The notes under the pieces were generated by a model. That model did not search any database. It saw only the letters and a program-made list of their open reading frames with translations, and had not been told where the DNA came from. This document shows positions 1-14,100 of a stretch of 64,000 nucleotides of DNA, piece after piece. The DNA is from the human T2T-CHM13v2.0 reference genome, Homo sapiens, in NCBI RefSeq assembly GCF_009914755.1, contig NC_060948.1; one strand, 5' to 3'. The position numbers and the translations under genes were made by a program. How positions within the stretch are numbered: the stretch's first letter is position 1; each line of letters opens with the position of its first letter.

Positions 1-1788
1 TGCTGCTGTGCTTGTTCCATGTAAACTGATCCTCTACAGCATTTTGCCAATCATTATACAGTGCTTGGTTTTTTTTAAGTTTTTCTTGGTGAAGGCGGCA
101 GAGGAATAATACAGTATTTTATGTCAATAACAACCTCTTGTTTTTCTTTCTTCCAGCTTTACGAGGTAAGATTTAACAAATAAAAATTGTATAAATTTAA
201 GGTATACATTGTTATGTTTTGATACACATATACATTGTGAAATGATTACCACAGTAAAACTAATTAACATGTAAATTACATCACATATTTACCTTTTTGT
301 GTTTGTGGTGAGAACACTTGAGATCTGCCCTCTTAGCAAATACATTACGTCTCTAGAATTTATTCCTCTTCTAACTGAAAGTTTGTACCCTTTCACCAAC
401 TTCTTCTCATTTTCCTCACCCTCCCAGCCCTTGGTAATGACCATTCTGCAATCTGTTTCTGAGTTAGAATTTTTAGATTTCACGCTAAGAGAAACAATGT
501 ACTATTTCTCTTTATGTCTCTAGATTATTTCATTTAGTATAATGTCCTCCATGTTCATCAATGTTGTCACAAATATCAGGATCTCCTTGTTTTTAAGGGC
601 TGAATAATATTCCATTGTATATATACATTACATTTTCTTTATTCATTTATATATTGATGGACACTTAGGTTGCTTCCATATCTTGGCTATTGTGAATAAT
701 GCTGCAAAGAACATGAGAACGTAGATATCCCATTAGCATGGTGATTTAATTTCCTTAGGAAATTCCCCAGAAGTGGGATGGCTGAATCACATTGTAGGTC
801 TATTTTCAAGGTGTCGAGGAACATCCACACTGTTTTCCATAATGGCTGTACGAATTTACATCCCCCCCCCACAGTTTACAAGGGTTCCCTATTCCCCACA
901 TCTTTGCTAACAATTGATGTTTTTACTGTTTTTTATAATAGCCAATCTAACAGGTAATGGAGTAATATTTCATCATGGTTTTAATTTGCATTTCCCTAAT
1001 GATTAGTGATGTTGCACACATTTTCATGTGCTTGTTAGCCATCATTTTTTTGTCTTTGCAGAAATGACTATTCAAGTCTTTTGCATATTGTTCATTGGAT
1101 TATTCGGTGTTTTATAATCTTTTAAAAGTATTTAGTTGTATGAGTTAGTTATATATTTTAGATATTAACCCCTTATCAGATATGTGATTTGTAAATATGT
1201 CCTCCTATTCTGTAGGTTGCCTTTTCATTTAGTGGTTTCCTTTGCTATGCAGAAATGTTTTAGTTTAATGTAGTTCCAATTGTTTATCTTTGCATTTGTT
1301 GCCTATTCTTTTGGTGTCACGTTAAAAAAGAAAACAAAAAAACAAACAAAAAAAACACTGCTGAGACAAATGTCAAGGAGCTTTCCTCTGTTTTCTTCTA
1401 GGAATTTTACAGTTTTATGAGTTATATTTAAGTCTTAATCAGTTTTGAGTTGATGTTTGTGTGTGATGTAAGATAAGAGTCTATCTTTCTTCTTTTTGAA
1501 TATGGATATCCAGTTTTCCCAGTGCCACTTATTGAGGAGACTATGCTTTCCCTATTGTGCATTCTTGGTACCTTTCTTGAAGATTACTTAACTGTCTATG
1601 TGTGGGTTTATTAATGGACTCTATTCTGTTCCATTGGCCTATGTGTCTGTCTTTATGCCAGTACCATACTGTTTTAATTACTATAGCTTTGTACCATAGT
1701 TTGGACTCAAGTAGTGTAATGCCTCCAGCTTTGTTCTTCTTCCTCAAGAGTCTTTTAGCTATTCTGAGGTTTTTGTGGTTCCATATGA

Positions 1789-2249
<461 letters not shown>

Positions 2250-2557
2250 TTTTTTTTTTTTTTTTTTTTTTTGAGACGGAGGTTCAGTCTCCTCACCCAG
2301 GCTGGAGTGCAATGGTGCAATCTCGGCTCCCTGCAATCTCCGCCTCCCCGGTTCAAGTGATGATTCTCCTGCTCAGCCTCCCGAGTAGCTGGGATTACAG
2401 GTGCCCACCACCATGCCCAGCTAATTTTTGTATTTTTAGTAGAGACAGGGTTTCTCCAAGTTGGCCAGGCTGGTCTCGAACTCCTGACCTCAGGTGATCC
2501 ACCTGCCTCGGCCTCCCAAAGTGCTGGGATTACAGGTGTGAGCCACCACGCCCAACC
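2250..2557 (-). mobile_element. AluS (Sq/Sx-like) SINE
   Basis: T23 tail, full dimeric Alu, ctcctgacctcaggtgatcc. Confidence 0.92.
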
Positions 2558-2638
2558 CTTCTTCATTTTTAAAAATCAATACTTTACAGTTTTCAGTGTA
2601 CAGATATTGTACCTCTGTGGTTAACTTATCCCTAAGTA

Positions 2639-3081
2639 CAGTTGACCCTTAAACAACACAGGTTTGAACCACACAGGTTTACAGATACATGGTTTTCTTT
2701 CACCTCTATCAGACCTGAGACAGGAAACCAAACCCCCACCTCTTCCTTCTCCTCTTCAGCCTAATTTATGTGAAGATGGTAACGATAAAGAGCTTTATGA
2801 TAACCCACTTCCACTTAAGGAATAGTAAATATATTTTCTCTTTTTATGATTTTCTTAATAACATTTTCTTTAATCTAGCTTACTTTATTGTAAGAATACA
2901 GCATATGATACACATAACATACAAACTATGTGTTAATCAACTGTTTATGTTATCATCAAGGCTTACAGTCAACAGTAGGCAATTAGTAGTAAAGATTTTA
3001 GAGTGTCAAAGGTCATATGTGGATTTTCAACAGCATGGAAGTTAGTGCCTCTAACCCCCATGTTGCGCAAGGGTCCAGCTG
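2639..3081. mobile_element. Tigger2a/MER28-like non-autonomous TcMar-Tigger DNA transposon
   Basis: Terminal inverted repeats cagttgacccttaaacaaca (2639) and tgttgcgcaagggtccagctg (3081); TA on both sides; ~440 bp; splits the L1. Confidence 0.85.
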
Positions 3082-4029
3082 TATTTTTTAAAATTTATTG
3101 TTAATTGTATTGTCTACTTAATTACTTTTTTAATAGTTAGTTGTTAGTATATAAATTCGCAACTGGTATTTTTATGTTGATTTTGTGTCTTGCAGCTTTA
3201 TTGAATTCCTTTATTATTTCTAACAGGTTTTGGTGAATTGTTAGTGTTTTTACACAAGGTCATGTCACCTGCAAACACTGAAAATTTTACTTCTTTCTGA
3301 TTTGGATGTCTTTTTTTTTCTTGTTTAATTTTTCTGGCAGGGACTTCTAGTACTATGTTGAATAGAAGTGGCAAAGGAGACATCTTTGTCTTATTCCTTA
3401 TCTTAGAGGAAAAGTTTCAAATTTTCACTGTTGAATAGAATGTTAGCTGTGGGTTTGTCTTACAAGATTCTTATTATGTTATGTTGAGCTATGTTCCTTC
3501 TATATCTAATTTATTGAAAGTTTTTAATGATAAAAGTATGTTGAATTTTATCAAATTTTTTCTGCAACTATTAAGATGATTATATGATGTTTGTCTTTCA
3601 TCCTGTTAATGAGTTGTATATTTATTGATTTGTATATGTTTAATCATCATTGCATTCCAGAAATAAATCCCACTTGATCATGGTGTATGATCTTTTTAAT
3701 GTGCTGCTGATTTCAGTTTGTTAGTATTTTGTTGAAGATATTTGTATCAATGTTTATCAGGCATATTGACTATAATTTTTTTTATAATGTCCTTGTCTGG
3801 ATTTGGTAACAGGGTATTGCTGGTCTCATAAAGTGGTTTTGGAGGTGTTCTCTCCTCTCTTCAGTTTTTAAAAGAGTTTGTGAGGGATTGCTTATATTGT
3901 AGTTTTGCTTTAAATATTTGGTAGAATTCACCAATAAAGCCATCTGTTCCTGGTGTTTTCTTTGTTAGATTTTTGATTACTGATTCAGCCTCCTCATGTG
4001 TAATTAATCTGTTAAGATTTCCTATTTCT

Positions 4030-4334
4030 TTTCTCGTTTCTTTTTTTTTTCTTGAGACAGAGTCTCATTCTGTCACCCAGGCTGGGGTGCAGTGGCACAA
4101 TCTTAGCTCACTGCAACCTCTACCTCCCAGGTTCAAGTGATTCTTCTGCCTCAGCCTCCTGAGTAGCTGGGATTACAGGCTCCCGCCGCCATGCCCTGCT
4201 AATCTGTGTATTTTTAGTAGAGACGGGATTTCACCATGTTGGCCAGGCTGGGCTCGAACTCCTGACCTCAAGTGATCTGCCCACCTCGGCCTCCCAAATT
4301 GCTGTGAATACAGGCATGAGCCACCGCACACAGC
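4030..4334 (-). mobile_element. AluS (Sx/Sz-like) SINE
   Basis: Full Alu; TSD aagattt(c/t)ctatttct at 4014-4029 and 4335-4350. Confidence 0.93.
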
Positions 4335-4789
4335 AAGATTTTCTATTTCTTCATAATTCTGTCTTGGTAAGTTGTATGTTTCCAGAAATTAATCTATTTC
4401 TTCTAGTTATTCAATTTGTTGGTGAATAATTCTTCATAGTAGCCTCTTAAGATTCTTTGTATCTTTGTGGTATCCGTTGTAATGCCTGGTCTTTTAGTTC
4501 TGATTTTATTTATTTGAGTCTTCTCTTGTTTTCTTAGTCTAGCTAAAAGATTGATAAAATTTGATAAAATTCAACATACTTTTATCAATTTTGTTTATCT
4601 TTGCAAAAAAAAATCCTCTTAGGTTGTGGATCTATTTGACTCTATCAATCATCTTTATTGTTTTTTTATCCTATGGTGGTATTTGTTAATTCTACAAAAG
4701 TCTGAAATAATTTTGCTATATGTTAACTGTAGTCTTAGTCCATCCAGACTAACCATTTCTCTATGATATATTCTACCATGTTGAACATT

Positions 4790-4970
4790 ATATTTATACA
4801 TTTATTTGTTTGTATTTAATTGTCCTTTTATGTAATTTTTTCCTCTCCATCCAAATTATAAGCTCCTATAAGGTGGGGCTCGTGTGTTATATTTTCCAAT
4901 ATTGTCACTATGCCGAATACAGTAGTAAGCATTCAGTACATATTCAGTAAATAATCTATTTCCTGATTGA
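4790..4970 (+). mobile_element. L2 3'-end relic
   Basis: tataagctcctataaggtgggg...cattcagtacatattcagtaaataat resembles the L2 3' terminus. Confidence 0.55.
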
Positions 4971-4985
4971 TAGTATGTTTGCATG

Positions 4986-5295
4986 TTTCTTTTCCTTTTA
5001 TTTTATTTTTTTTGAGACAGTCTCTCACTCATCTCCTAGGCTGTAGTGCAATGATGTAAACACGGCTCACTGCTGCCTCAACCTCCCCAGCTCAAAGGAT
5101 CCTCCCACCTCAGCCTCTCAAGTAGCTGGCACTACAGGCATGCCCCACCATGTCCAACTATTTTTAAATTTTTTTTGTAAAGATGGAGCCTCACTGTGTT
5201 GCCCTGGCTGGTCTCAAACTTCTGGGCTCAAGTGATCCTCCTGCCTCAACCTTCCAAAGTGCTGGGATTACAGACATGTGCCACCATCCCCAGCC
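4986..5295 (-). mobile_element. AluJ-like SINE
   Basis: Diverged dimeric Alu with J-type words (gcctcaacctcc, ctgggctcaagtgatcctcc); flanked by atagtatgttt on both sides. Confidence 0.88.
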
Positions 5296-7540
5296 TTAAT
5301 AGTATGTTTCTGTAAAAGAGCAATACAGTAACATTTCAGTTAACTGGTATGTTGGCAACAAATTTATTTTGATTAATGGATTTTCCATTTAACAGTTTTT
5401 ATTGTTTTATTCAGTGCAGTTCTTTAAAGTGGGTTATTCCCTGCCTAGACTAGTGGGATCAACCACCAAAACCTTCAAATATGTGCATTGATATTTGTTT
5501 ACACTCTTAATTCTGTTATTTTTTGGAAGACACCTATGTTTCTCATGAAACTTCAACCAGAGCAATATGTCTGGAAAGAGGCCACATGAAAATGTTCAAA
5601 ATTGTTACTAAAAATGTTACATAAACAGCATAAACTTAGAAGAAAAAATAAAATATTTACTCTGAAATTTGTATGGTTTAAAATAATAGAGTCAGTAGAG
5701 CTTTATAAAAAAATGACAGCTTCCTACTTTTTAATTGAAGAATAAACATATAACACTGGCTATACTAGATGGAGAGACTCAGAGGTAGTCATGGAATCAG
5801 ATGGTGAGAAGAATGACCCATTTGTAATAACTAATCTCATTGCTGGTGTTTATTCCAACAATCTAGCATGGCATATTTTTCTTTTTCATTGTTTCTTCTT
5901 TATCCCTACCAAACTGTATGTCCCTGGATTAAGGCTACATGAATAGCTTCACGGCTTGCAGCAGTTCAGAGTAAGCAGGTGTAAAGGGACAGCCTTAAAA
6001 TAGGAGTCTAATTTTTAAAATGGAAATATAACATTGGCTTTCGTCGTCTTAGCTGGCAAAGTAACTCTAGGTTAATGACTGAAGAAATGGTGTTTCACTA
6101 TGTATGGGGGGTTTAAAAACATGAGTCAACTGGCAGGCAGACAGATTCTACTCTCACTAGGTAAGAAAGTAACGATTATATATGACCAGGGCTGGATCAT
6201 ACAAACCCTACCCTGAAGTTATACTCCTTAATTAAAGTAATTAATGAATGTTATTATGACTTTAGTGTAAATTGAATGTTTCACCTGAAGATATCAAACA
6301 GACCACATTTGAGTCCAAATCTTTAGTTCTTTTGGATTTATATTAATTCCTTTGTTCCATTTTCACATACGGATTTGCCAAGGTGCCACTGGACTGGGTT
6401 CTGGTTAACCGAAGTATTACAGCATACAATGAAATAAAATAGTATTTAATATATTACATATTTAGTTTCTATTGTATTTAAAGTTATACCTAAGTACATT
6501 CTTATTTCCTTTTAAAAAATTATTTTTGTGGGTACATAATGAGTGTATATATCTATGGGGTACATGAGATTTTTTGATACAGGCATGCAATGTGAAATAA
6601 GGATGTCATAGAGAAGGGAGTATCCATCCCCTCAAGCACTTATCCTTCAAGTTACAAACAATCCAATTAAAAATTTTAAGTTATTTTAAAATGTACAATT
6701 AAGTTGTGATTGACTATGGTCACCCTATTGTGCTACCGATTAGTAGTCTTGTTTATTCGTTCTAACTATATTTTTACCCATTAAACATTTCACCCTCACC
6801 CAAGCCCCCCATTACCCTTCCTAGTCTCAGGTAATCATTCTTCTACTCTCTATCCCCATGAGTTCAATTGCTTTGATTTTTAGATCGCACAAATAAGCGA
6901 GACCATGCCATGTTTGTCTTTCTGTGTTTGGTTTATTTCACTTAACATAATGATCACAAGTTCCATCCATGTTGTTGCAAATGACTGGATTTCTTTATTT
7001 TGATGTCTGAATGGTATTCCATTGTGTATATCTATGACATTTTTTAAATCCATTCATCTATTGATGGACACTTAGGTTGCATTCAAATCCTGGCTATTGT
7101 GAACAGTGCTGCAATAAACATACGAGTGCAGAAATCTTGTTGATATACTGATTTCCTTTCTTTTGGGTATATACACAGCAGTAGGATTGCAAGATCATAT
7201 GATAGCACAATTTTTAGTTTTTTGAGGAATCTCCAAACTATTCTCCCTGGTGATTGTACTAATTTCCAATCCCAACAACTGTATATAAGAGTTATTTTTT
7301 CTCCACATCCTCCCCAGCATTTGTTATTGCTTGTATTTTGGATATAAGCTATTTTAACTGGGGTGAGATGATATCTCATTGTAGTTTTGATTTGCATTTC
7401 TCTGATGATCAGTGATGTTGAGCACCTTCTCATATGCCTGTTTGCCATTTGTATGTCTTGTTTTGAGAAATGTCTATTCAAATCTTTTGCTCATTTTTTG
7501 ATTGGATTATTAGATTTTCTTCCTACAGAGTTATTTGAGC

Positions 7541-7849
7541 TTTTTTTTTTTTTTTTTTTTTTTTTTTGAGACAGAGTTTCTCTCTTGTTGTCCAGGCTGG
7601 AGTGCAATGACGTGCTCTCGGCTCACCACAACCTCTGCCAACTGGGTTCAAGAGATTCTCCTGCCTCAGCCTCCTGACTAGCTGGGATTACAGGCATGCA
7701 CCACCATGCCTAGCTAAATTTGTGTTTTTAGTAGAGATGGGGTTTCTCCATGTTGGTCAGGCTGGTCTCGAACTCCCGACCTCAGGTGATCTGCCCACCT
7801 CACCCTCCCAAATTGCTGGGATTATAGGTGTGAGCCAGCACGCCCAGCC
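7541..7849 (-). mobile_element. AluSp-like SINE inside L1
   Basis: gtttctccatgttggtcaggctggtctcgaactcccgacc (Sp-type); TSD tttgagct on both sides. Confidence 0.92.
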
Positions 7850-10775
7850 CTGTTTGAGCTCTTTATATGTTGTGATTATTAATCTCTTGCAGATGGGTAG
7901 TTTGCAAATATTTTCTCCCATTCTGTAAGTTATTGCTTCACTTTTTTTATTGTATCTTTTGTTGTGCAGAAACTTCTTAACTTGATGTTATCCCACTTGT
8001 CCATTTTTTTCTTTGGTTGCCTGCTCTTATTGTCTATTGCTCAAGAATTCTTTGCCCAGACCAATATCCTGGAGATTTTTTCAGTGTTTTCTTGTAATAG
8101 CCTTTGACTTTGGGGTCTTAGAGTTAAGTCTTTAATCCATTTTCATTTGATTTTGGTATATGGCAAGAGATAGAGGTTTAGTTTCATTCTTCTGAATATA
8201 GGGATCCAGTTTTCCCAGCACCATTTATTGAAGAAACTGGCCTTTCCCCATGATATGTTCTTGGCACCTTTGTCAAAAATGAATTCACTGTTGGGGTGTG
8301 GATTTCTTTCTGCGTTCTCTATTCTGTTCCATTGATCTATGTGTCTGTTTTCATGCAAGTTCCAGCTGTTTTGGTTACTATAGCTTTGTAGTATTATTTG
8401 AGGACATGTTATGTGATTCCTCAAGTTTTGTTCTTTCGCTTAGAATAGCTTTGGCTATTCTGGGTCTTTTGTGGTTTCATATTAATTTTAGGATTTTTTT
8501 TTTCTAAATCTGTGAAGAATGTCATTGGTATTTTGATAGGATTGCATTAAATGTGTAGATAGCTTAGGGTAGTATGGACATTTTAACAACATTCATTCTT
8601 CCAATCCATGAAAATGGAATTTTTTTCCATTTATTGGTGCATTCTTCAATTTATTTCATCGATGTTTCATAGTTTTATCATAGAGGCCTCTCACTTCTTT
8701 GGTTAATTACTAGGCAATTAATTTTATGTGTGGCTATTGTAAATAGGACTAATTTTATTTTCTTTTTACATTGGTCACTGTTGGTATATAGAATTGCTAC
8801 TAATTTTTGTATGTTGATTTTGTATCCTGCAACTTTACTGAATATTTTTATCACTTCTAATAGTTTTCTTGTGGAGTTGTTAGGTTTTTTCAAATATAAG
8901 ATTATATCATATTCATACAAGAATAATTTGACTTTTTCCTTCCTAATTTGGATTCTTTTATATTTTTCTTATGGCTCATTGCTCCAGCTGGAACTTCCAG
9001 TGCTATGTTGAATAACAGTAGTGGCAGTGGGCATTCCTGTCATGTTCCAGATGTTAGAGGAAAGGCTTTCAGTTTTTCACCATTCGCTGTGATACTATGT
9101 ATTAGTCTTTCATATATGGCTTTGATTATGTTGAGGAATGTCCCGTCTATTCCCAGGTTTTTTAGGGTTTTTATCATGAAAGGATGTTGAATTCTATCAA
9201 ATGGTTTTTCAGGATCAATTGAAATGATCATACAGTTTTTATCCTTCATTCTCTTGATATATCACATTGATTTGTTTATATTGAACCATCTTTGCATCCC
9301 AAAGATAAATCTCACTTGGTAATGATGAATGATCTTTCGAATGTATTGTTGATTTTAGCTTGCTAGTATTTTGTTGAGGATTTTTGCATCAATACTCATC
9401 AGAGATATTGGCCTGTAGTTTTATCTTTTTATTGTGTCAGTCTGGTTTTGGTATCAGGGTAATACTGGACCCATAGAATGAATTTGCCATTACTCCCTCC
9501 CCCTCTATTTATTGAAATAGTTTGAATAGGATTGGCATTAATCACTTAAATGTTTGGTTGCATTCAGCAGTTTAGTCATGGGGTCCCAGGCTTTTTTTTT
9601 TTCTTTTTTTTTGATGGGAGAGTTTTTATTATGGCTTCAATCTCATTACTTGCTATTGATCTGTTCAGATTTTGGATTTCTTCTTGGTTCAATCTTGCTA
9701 GGTTGTATGTATACATGAATTTGTCCATTTCTTCTACATTTTCCAAATTATTAGCTTAGAGTTGCTCATAGTAGTCACTAACGATCCTTTGAATTTCTGC
9801 AGTATCAATTATAATGCCTCCCTTTTCATTTCTGATTTTATTTATTTGGATCTTCTCTCTTTTTTTCTTAGTCTGAATAAAGGTTCTCAATTTTGTCTAA
9901 CTTTTAAAAAACCAGCATTTTTTAACCTATCTTTGTATTGTATTTTTATCTTAATTTCATTTATTTGTGCTCTGGTATTTATTATCTCTTTTCTTCTACT
10001 AACTTTGGTTTGATTTGCTCTTACTTTTCTAGTTCTTTAAGATGGATTATTACATTATTCATCTGAAGATTTTCCTCTTTTTGGATGTAGGCATTTATAG
10101 CCATAAACTTTCCCCTTGATACTGCTTTTGCTGTATTCCATAGGTTTTGGTATGTTGTGTTTCCATTATGATTTGTTTCAAGAAATTTTTGAATTCATTC
10201 TTAATTTCGTCATTGACCTACTGGTCATTCAGCAGCATATTATTTAATTTCCATTTATTTATATAGGTTTCAAAGTTCTTGTTATTTATTTCTAGTTGTA
10301 TTTCACTGTGGTCAGAGAAAATGCCAGATATTATTTTAATTTTTTTCAATGTCTTAAGACATATTTTGTGACCTAACATATTATCTATCCTTGAGAATGA
10401 TCCATGTGCTAAGGAAAAGAATGTATATTATATAGTCGTTAGATGAAATGTTCTGTAAATATCTATTAGGTCCATTTGGTCTATAATAGTCCAGACTAAA
10501 TATGATGTTTCATTGTTGATTTTCCGTATGGAAGATCTGTCCAATGCTGAAGGTCTGGTGGTGAAGTCTCTAGTTATTATTGTATTGGGAACTATCCCTC
10601 TCTTTAGCGCTAATAATATTTGCTTTATATATCCAGGTGCTCCAGTGTACATATATATTTAAAATTCTTATATTCTTTTGTGAAATTGACCCCATTATCA
10701 TTATATAGTGAACTTCGTTGTCTCTTCTCATAGTTTTTGTCTTGAAATCTAATTTGTCTGATACAAATATAGTGA

Positions 10776-11153
<378 letters not shown>

Positions 11154-14100
11154 TATGTGTGCCTTTTTAGGTGAAGTGTTTCTTGTAAGCAACAGATCAG
11201 TGGGTCTTGCTTCTTTATCCATGCAGCTGGTTTATGTCTTCCGATTGGAGAATTCAGTCTATTTACATTTAATGTTACTATTGATAAGTAAGGACCTACT
11301 CTTGCCATTTTCTTATTTATTTTCTGGTTGTTTATGATCTTCTCTTTCTTTTTTCTTTCCTTCCTGTCTTCCTCTAGTGAAGGTTATTTTCTCTGGTGAT
11401 ACGATTAAGTTTCTTTCTTTTTATTTTTTATGTATCCATTATATGCTTTTTGGTTTGGAGGTTACTGTGAGGCTTGCAAATACTAACTTATATCCTCTTA
11501 TTTTAATATGATAACAACTTAATACTCTTTGTATAACAAACAAAAAGAAAGAAAACAAATAAAAACTCTATGCCTCAACTTAGCTCCCCCACTTTTAACC
11601 TTTTTGTTGTTTCTATTTATATCTTATTGTACTGACTCTGTCTTGAAAAGTTGTTGTAGTTATTATTTTTGATGGGTTCATTTTTTGCTTTTCTGCTTAA
11701 GATAAAAGTAGTTTACATGCCACAGTTAGTTTTATAATATTCTGTATTTTTCTGTGTACTTACTATTATCATTAGGTTTTGTATTTTCAGGTGATTATTT
11801 ATTGCTTATTAATGTCCTTTTCTTTCTAATTGAAGTACTCCCTATAGCATTTCCTGTAGGCCTGGTCTGATATTGCTGAAATGACACTGCTTTTGTTTGT
11901 CTGAGAAAGTCTTCATTTCTCTTGCATGTTTGATGAATATTTTAGCTGGATATACTATTCTAGGGTAAAAGTTTTTTTTCCTTCAGCACTTTAAATATGT
12001 CATGCCACTCTCCCCTTGCCTGTAAGGTTTCCACTGAAAAGTCAACTGCCAGATATATTGGAGCTCCAGTGTATGACATGTGTTGTTTTCTCTTGCTGCT
12101 TTTAGAATCCGTTCTTAACTGTTAACCTTTGAGAGTATGATTATTAAATGGCTTGAGGTAACCTTCTCCAGGTTGAATCTGCTTTATGTTCGATTTCTTT
12201 CTTATACTTGGATATTGATGTCTTTCTCTAGGTTTGAGAAGTTTTCTGTTATTATCCCTTTGAATTATCTTTCTACTCCTATCTCTTTCTCTACTTCCTT
12301 CAAGGCTAATAACTCTTAAATTTGTACTTTTGAGGCTATCTTCTTGATCCTATAGGTGTGCTTCATTTTTTTTATTCTTTTTTCTTTTGACTCTTCTGTG
12401 TATTTTCAAATAGCCTGTCTTCAAGCTCAGTAATTCTTTCTTCTGCTTGATCAATTCTGCTAATTAAAGGATGATGATGCATTATTCAGTAAGCCAATTG
12501 CATTGTTCAGCTTCAGAATTTCTGCATTATTATTCATAATTATTTTAATCTCTTTGTTCAGTTTATCAGATAGAATTCTAAATTCCTTCTCCGTGTTATC
12601 TTGACCTTTTTTTGAGTTTCCTCAACACAGCTATTTTGAATTATCTGTCTGCAAGGTCACATACCCCTGTTCCTCCAGGACTGGTCCCTAGTTCTTAGTG
12701 AGTTCATTTGGTGAGGTCATGTTTTTCTGGATGGTGGTGATGCTAGTAGATATTCTTCAGTGTCTGGGCATTGAAGAGCTAGATAGGTATTGTAGTCTTC
12801 ACTGTCTTATCTGTAGCCACCCTTCTTTGGAAGGCTTTCCAGATGTTTGAAAGGATGTGAGTGTTGTGATCTAAGCTGTATCTTCTTTAGGGGGCACTCC
12901 AATCCCATTAATGCTGTGGTTCTTGCAGACGCATAGTGGTGCTGCCTTTATGGTATTAAACAAGATCCAAGAGATTTCTCTGGATTATCAGGCAGAGACT
13001 CTTGTTCTCTTCTCTTACATTGCCCCAAACAAACAGAGTCCCTCTCTATCTTTTCTAACCCATGTAAAGCTGGAGCTGGAGTGACAATAAGCACCCCTGT
13101 GGTCACCACCACTATGACCCTGCTGGGTCACACCTGAAGCCAGCACAGTGCTGGGTCTCATTTAAGACCCACTATAACTACTCCCTGGCTACTTCCCATG
13201 TTTGCTCAAGGCTCTGGTGCTCTACAATCAGCATGTGTCAAAGCCAGCCAAGCCTATGTTCTTCCCTTCATGGCAGTGAGGTCCCCCAGACCCTATGTGC
13301 GTCCAGAAGAACTGTTTGGTAGTCAGGGACTAGCATCAAAAACCTTAGAAATCTACCTAATGTTTTACTGTATTGCACCTGAGCTGATATTCAAACCACA
13401 AGACACAGTTCTTCCCACTCTTTCCCCCTCTTTCCAAAGGCAGAGGAGCCTCTCGCCATAGCCACCACCACCTCAGGCCATGACGTATACTGCCAGACTA
13501 CCACCAATACTCCCTTATGACCCAAGGTCTCTTAAGTCAACTTATTGTGAATGCTGCCTGCCCTGGGACTCACCCTTCAGGGCAATGGCCTCTCCTCTGA
13601 CTCAGGTCAGGTCCAGAAATGCCACCTAAGGGTCAAGTCCTATAATCACAGACCCCAAGAGCTCACTTGGTGGTCTACTGACCTCCACCCCTGTGGCCTG
13701 ATATTGCTGAAATCCCACAGCTTTTGGTTGTGCTGGTACCTCAGATGCAAGACAAAGTCCCATTTACTTTTCTGTCTGCTTTTCTCAAGCAGGAGTTTTG
13801 CCCCAGAGCCACCATATCTGTTAATGCACTGAGCCTCACCTGGAGCCAGCCCATCTCAGAGACTGACCAAGACCCTCAATGTAGTACCTGGGTATTGCTG
13901 CTGGTTATGCAGGGCCGAAGAGCTCTTCAGTTAGCAGACGATAAAAGCTGGCAGGAATGGGTCCTTTCCTTCAAGGCAGCAGGTTCCCTTCTGGCCCAGG
14001 GTGTGTCTAGAAATGTCATCTGGAAGCTAAAGCCTGGAATGGGGGGCCTCATGACTCTGACCAGTGCCTTATCCTGCTGTGGTTCAGGTGGTATCCTAGA

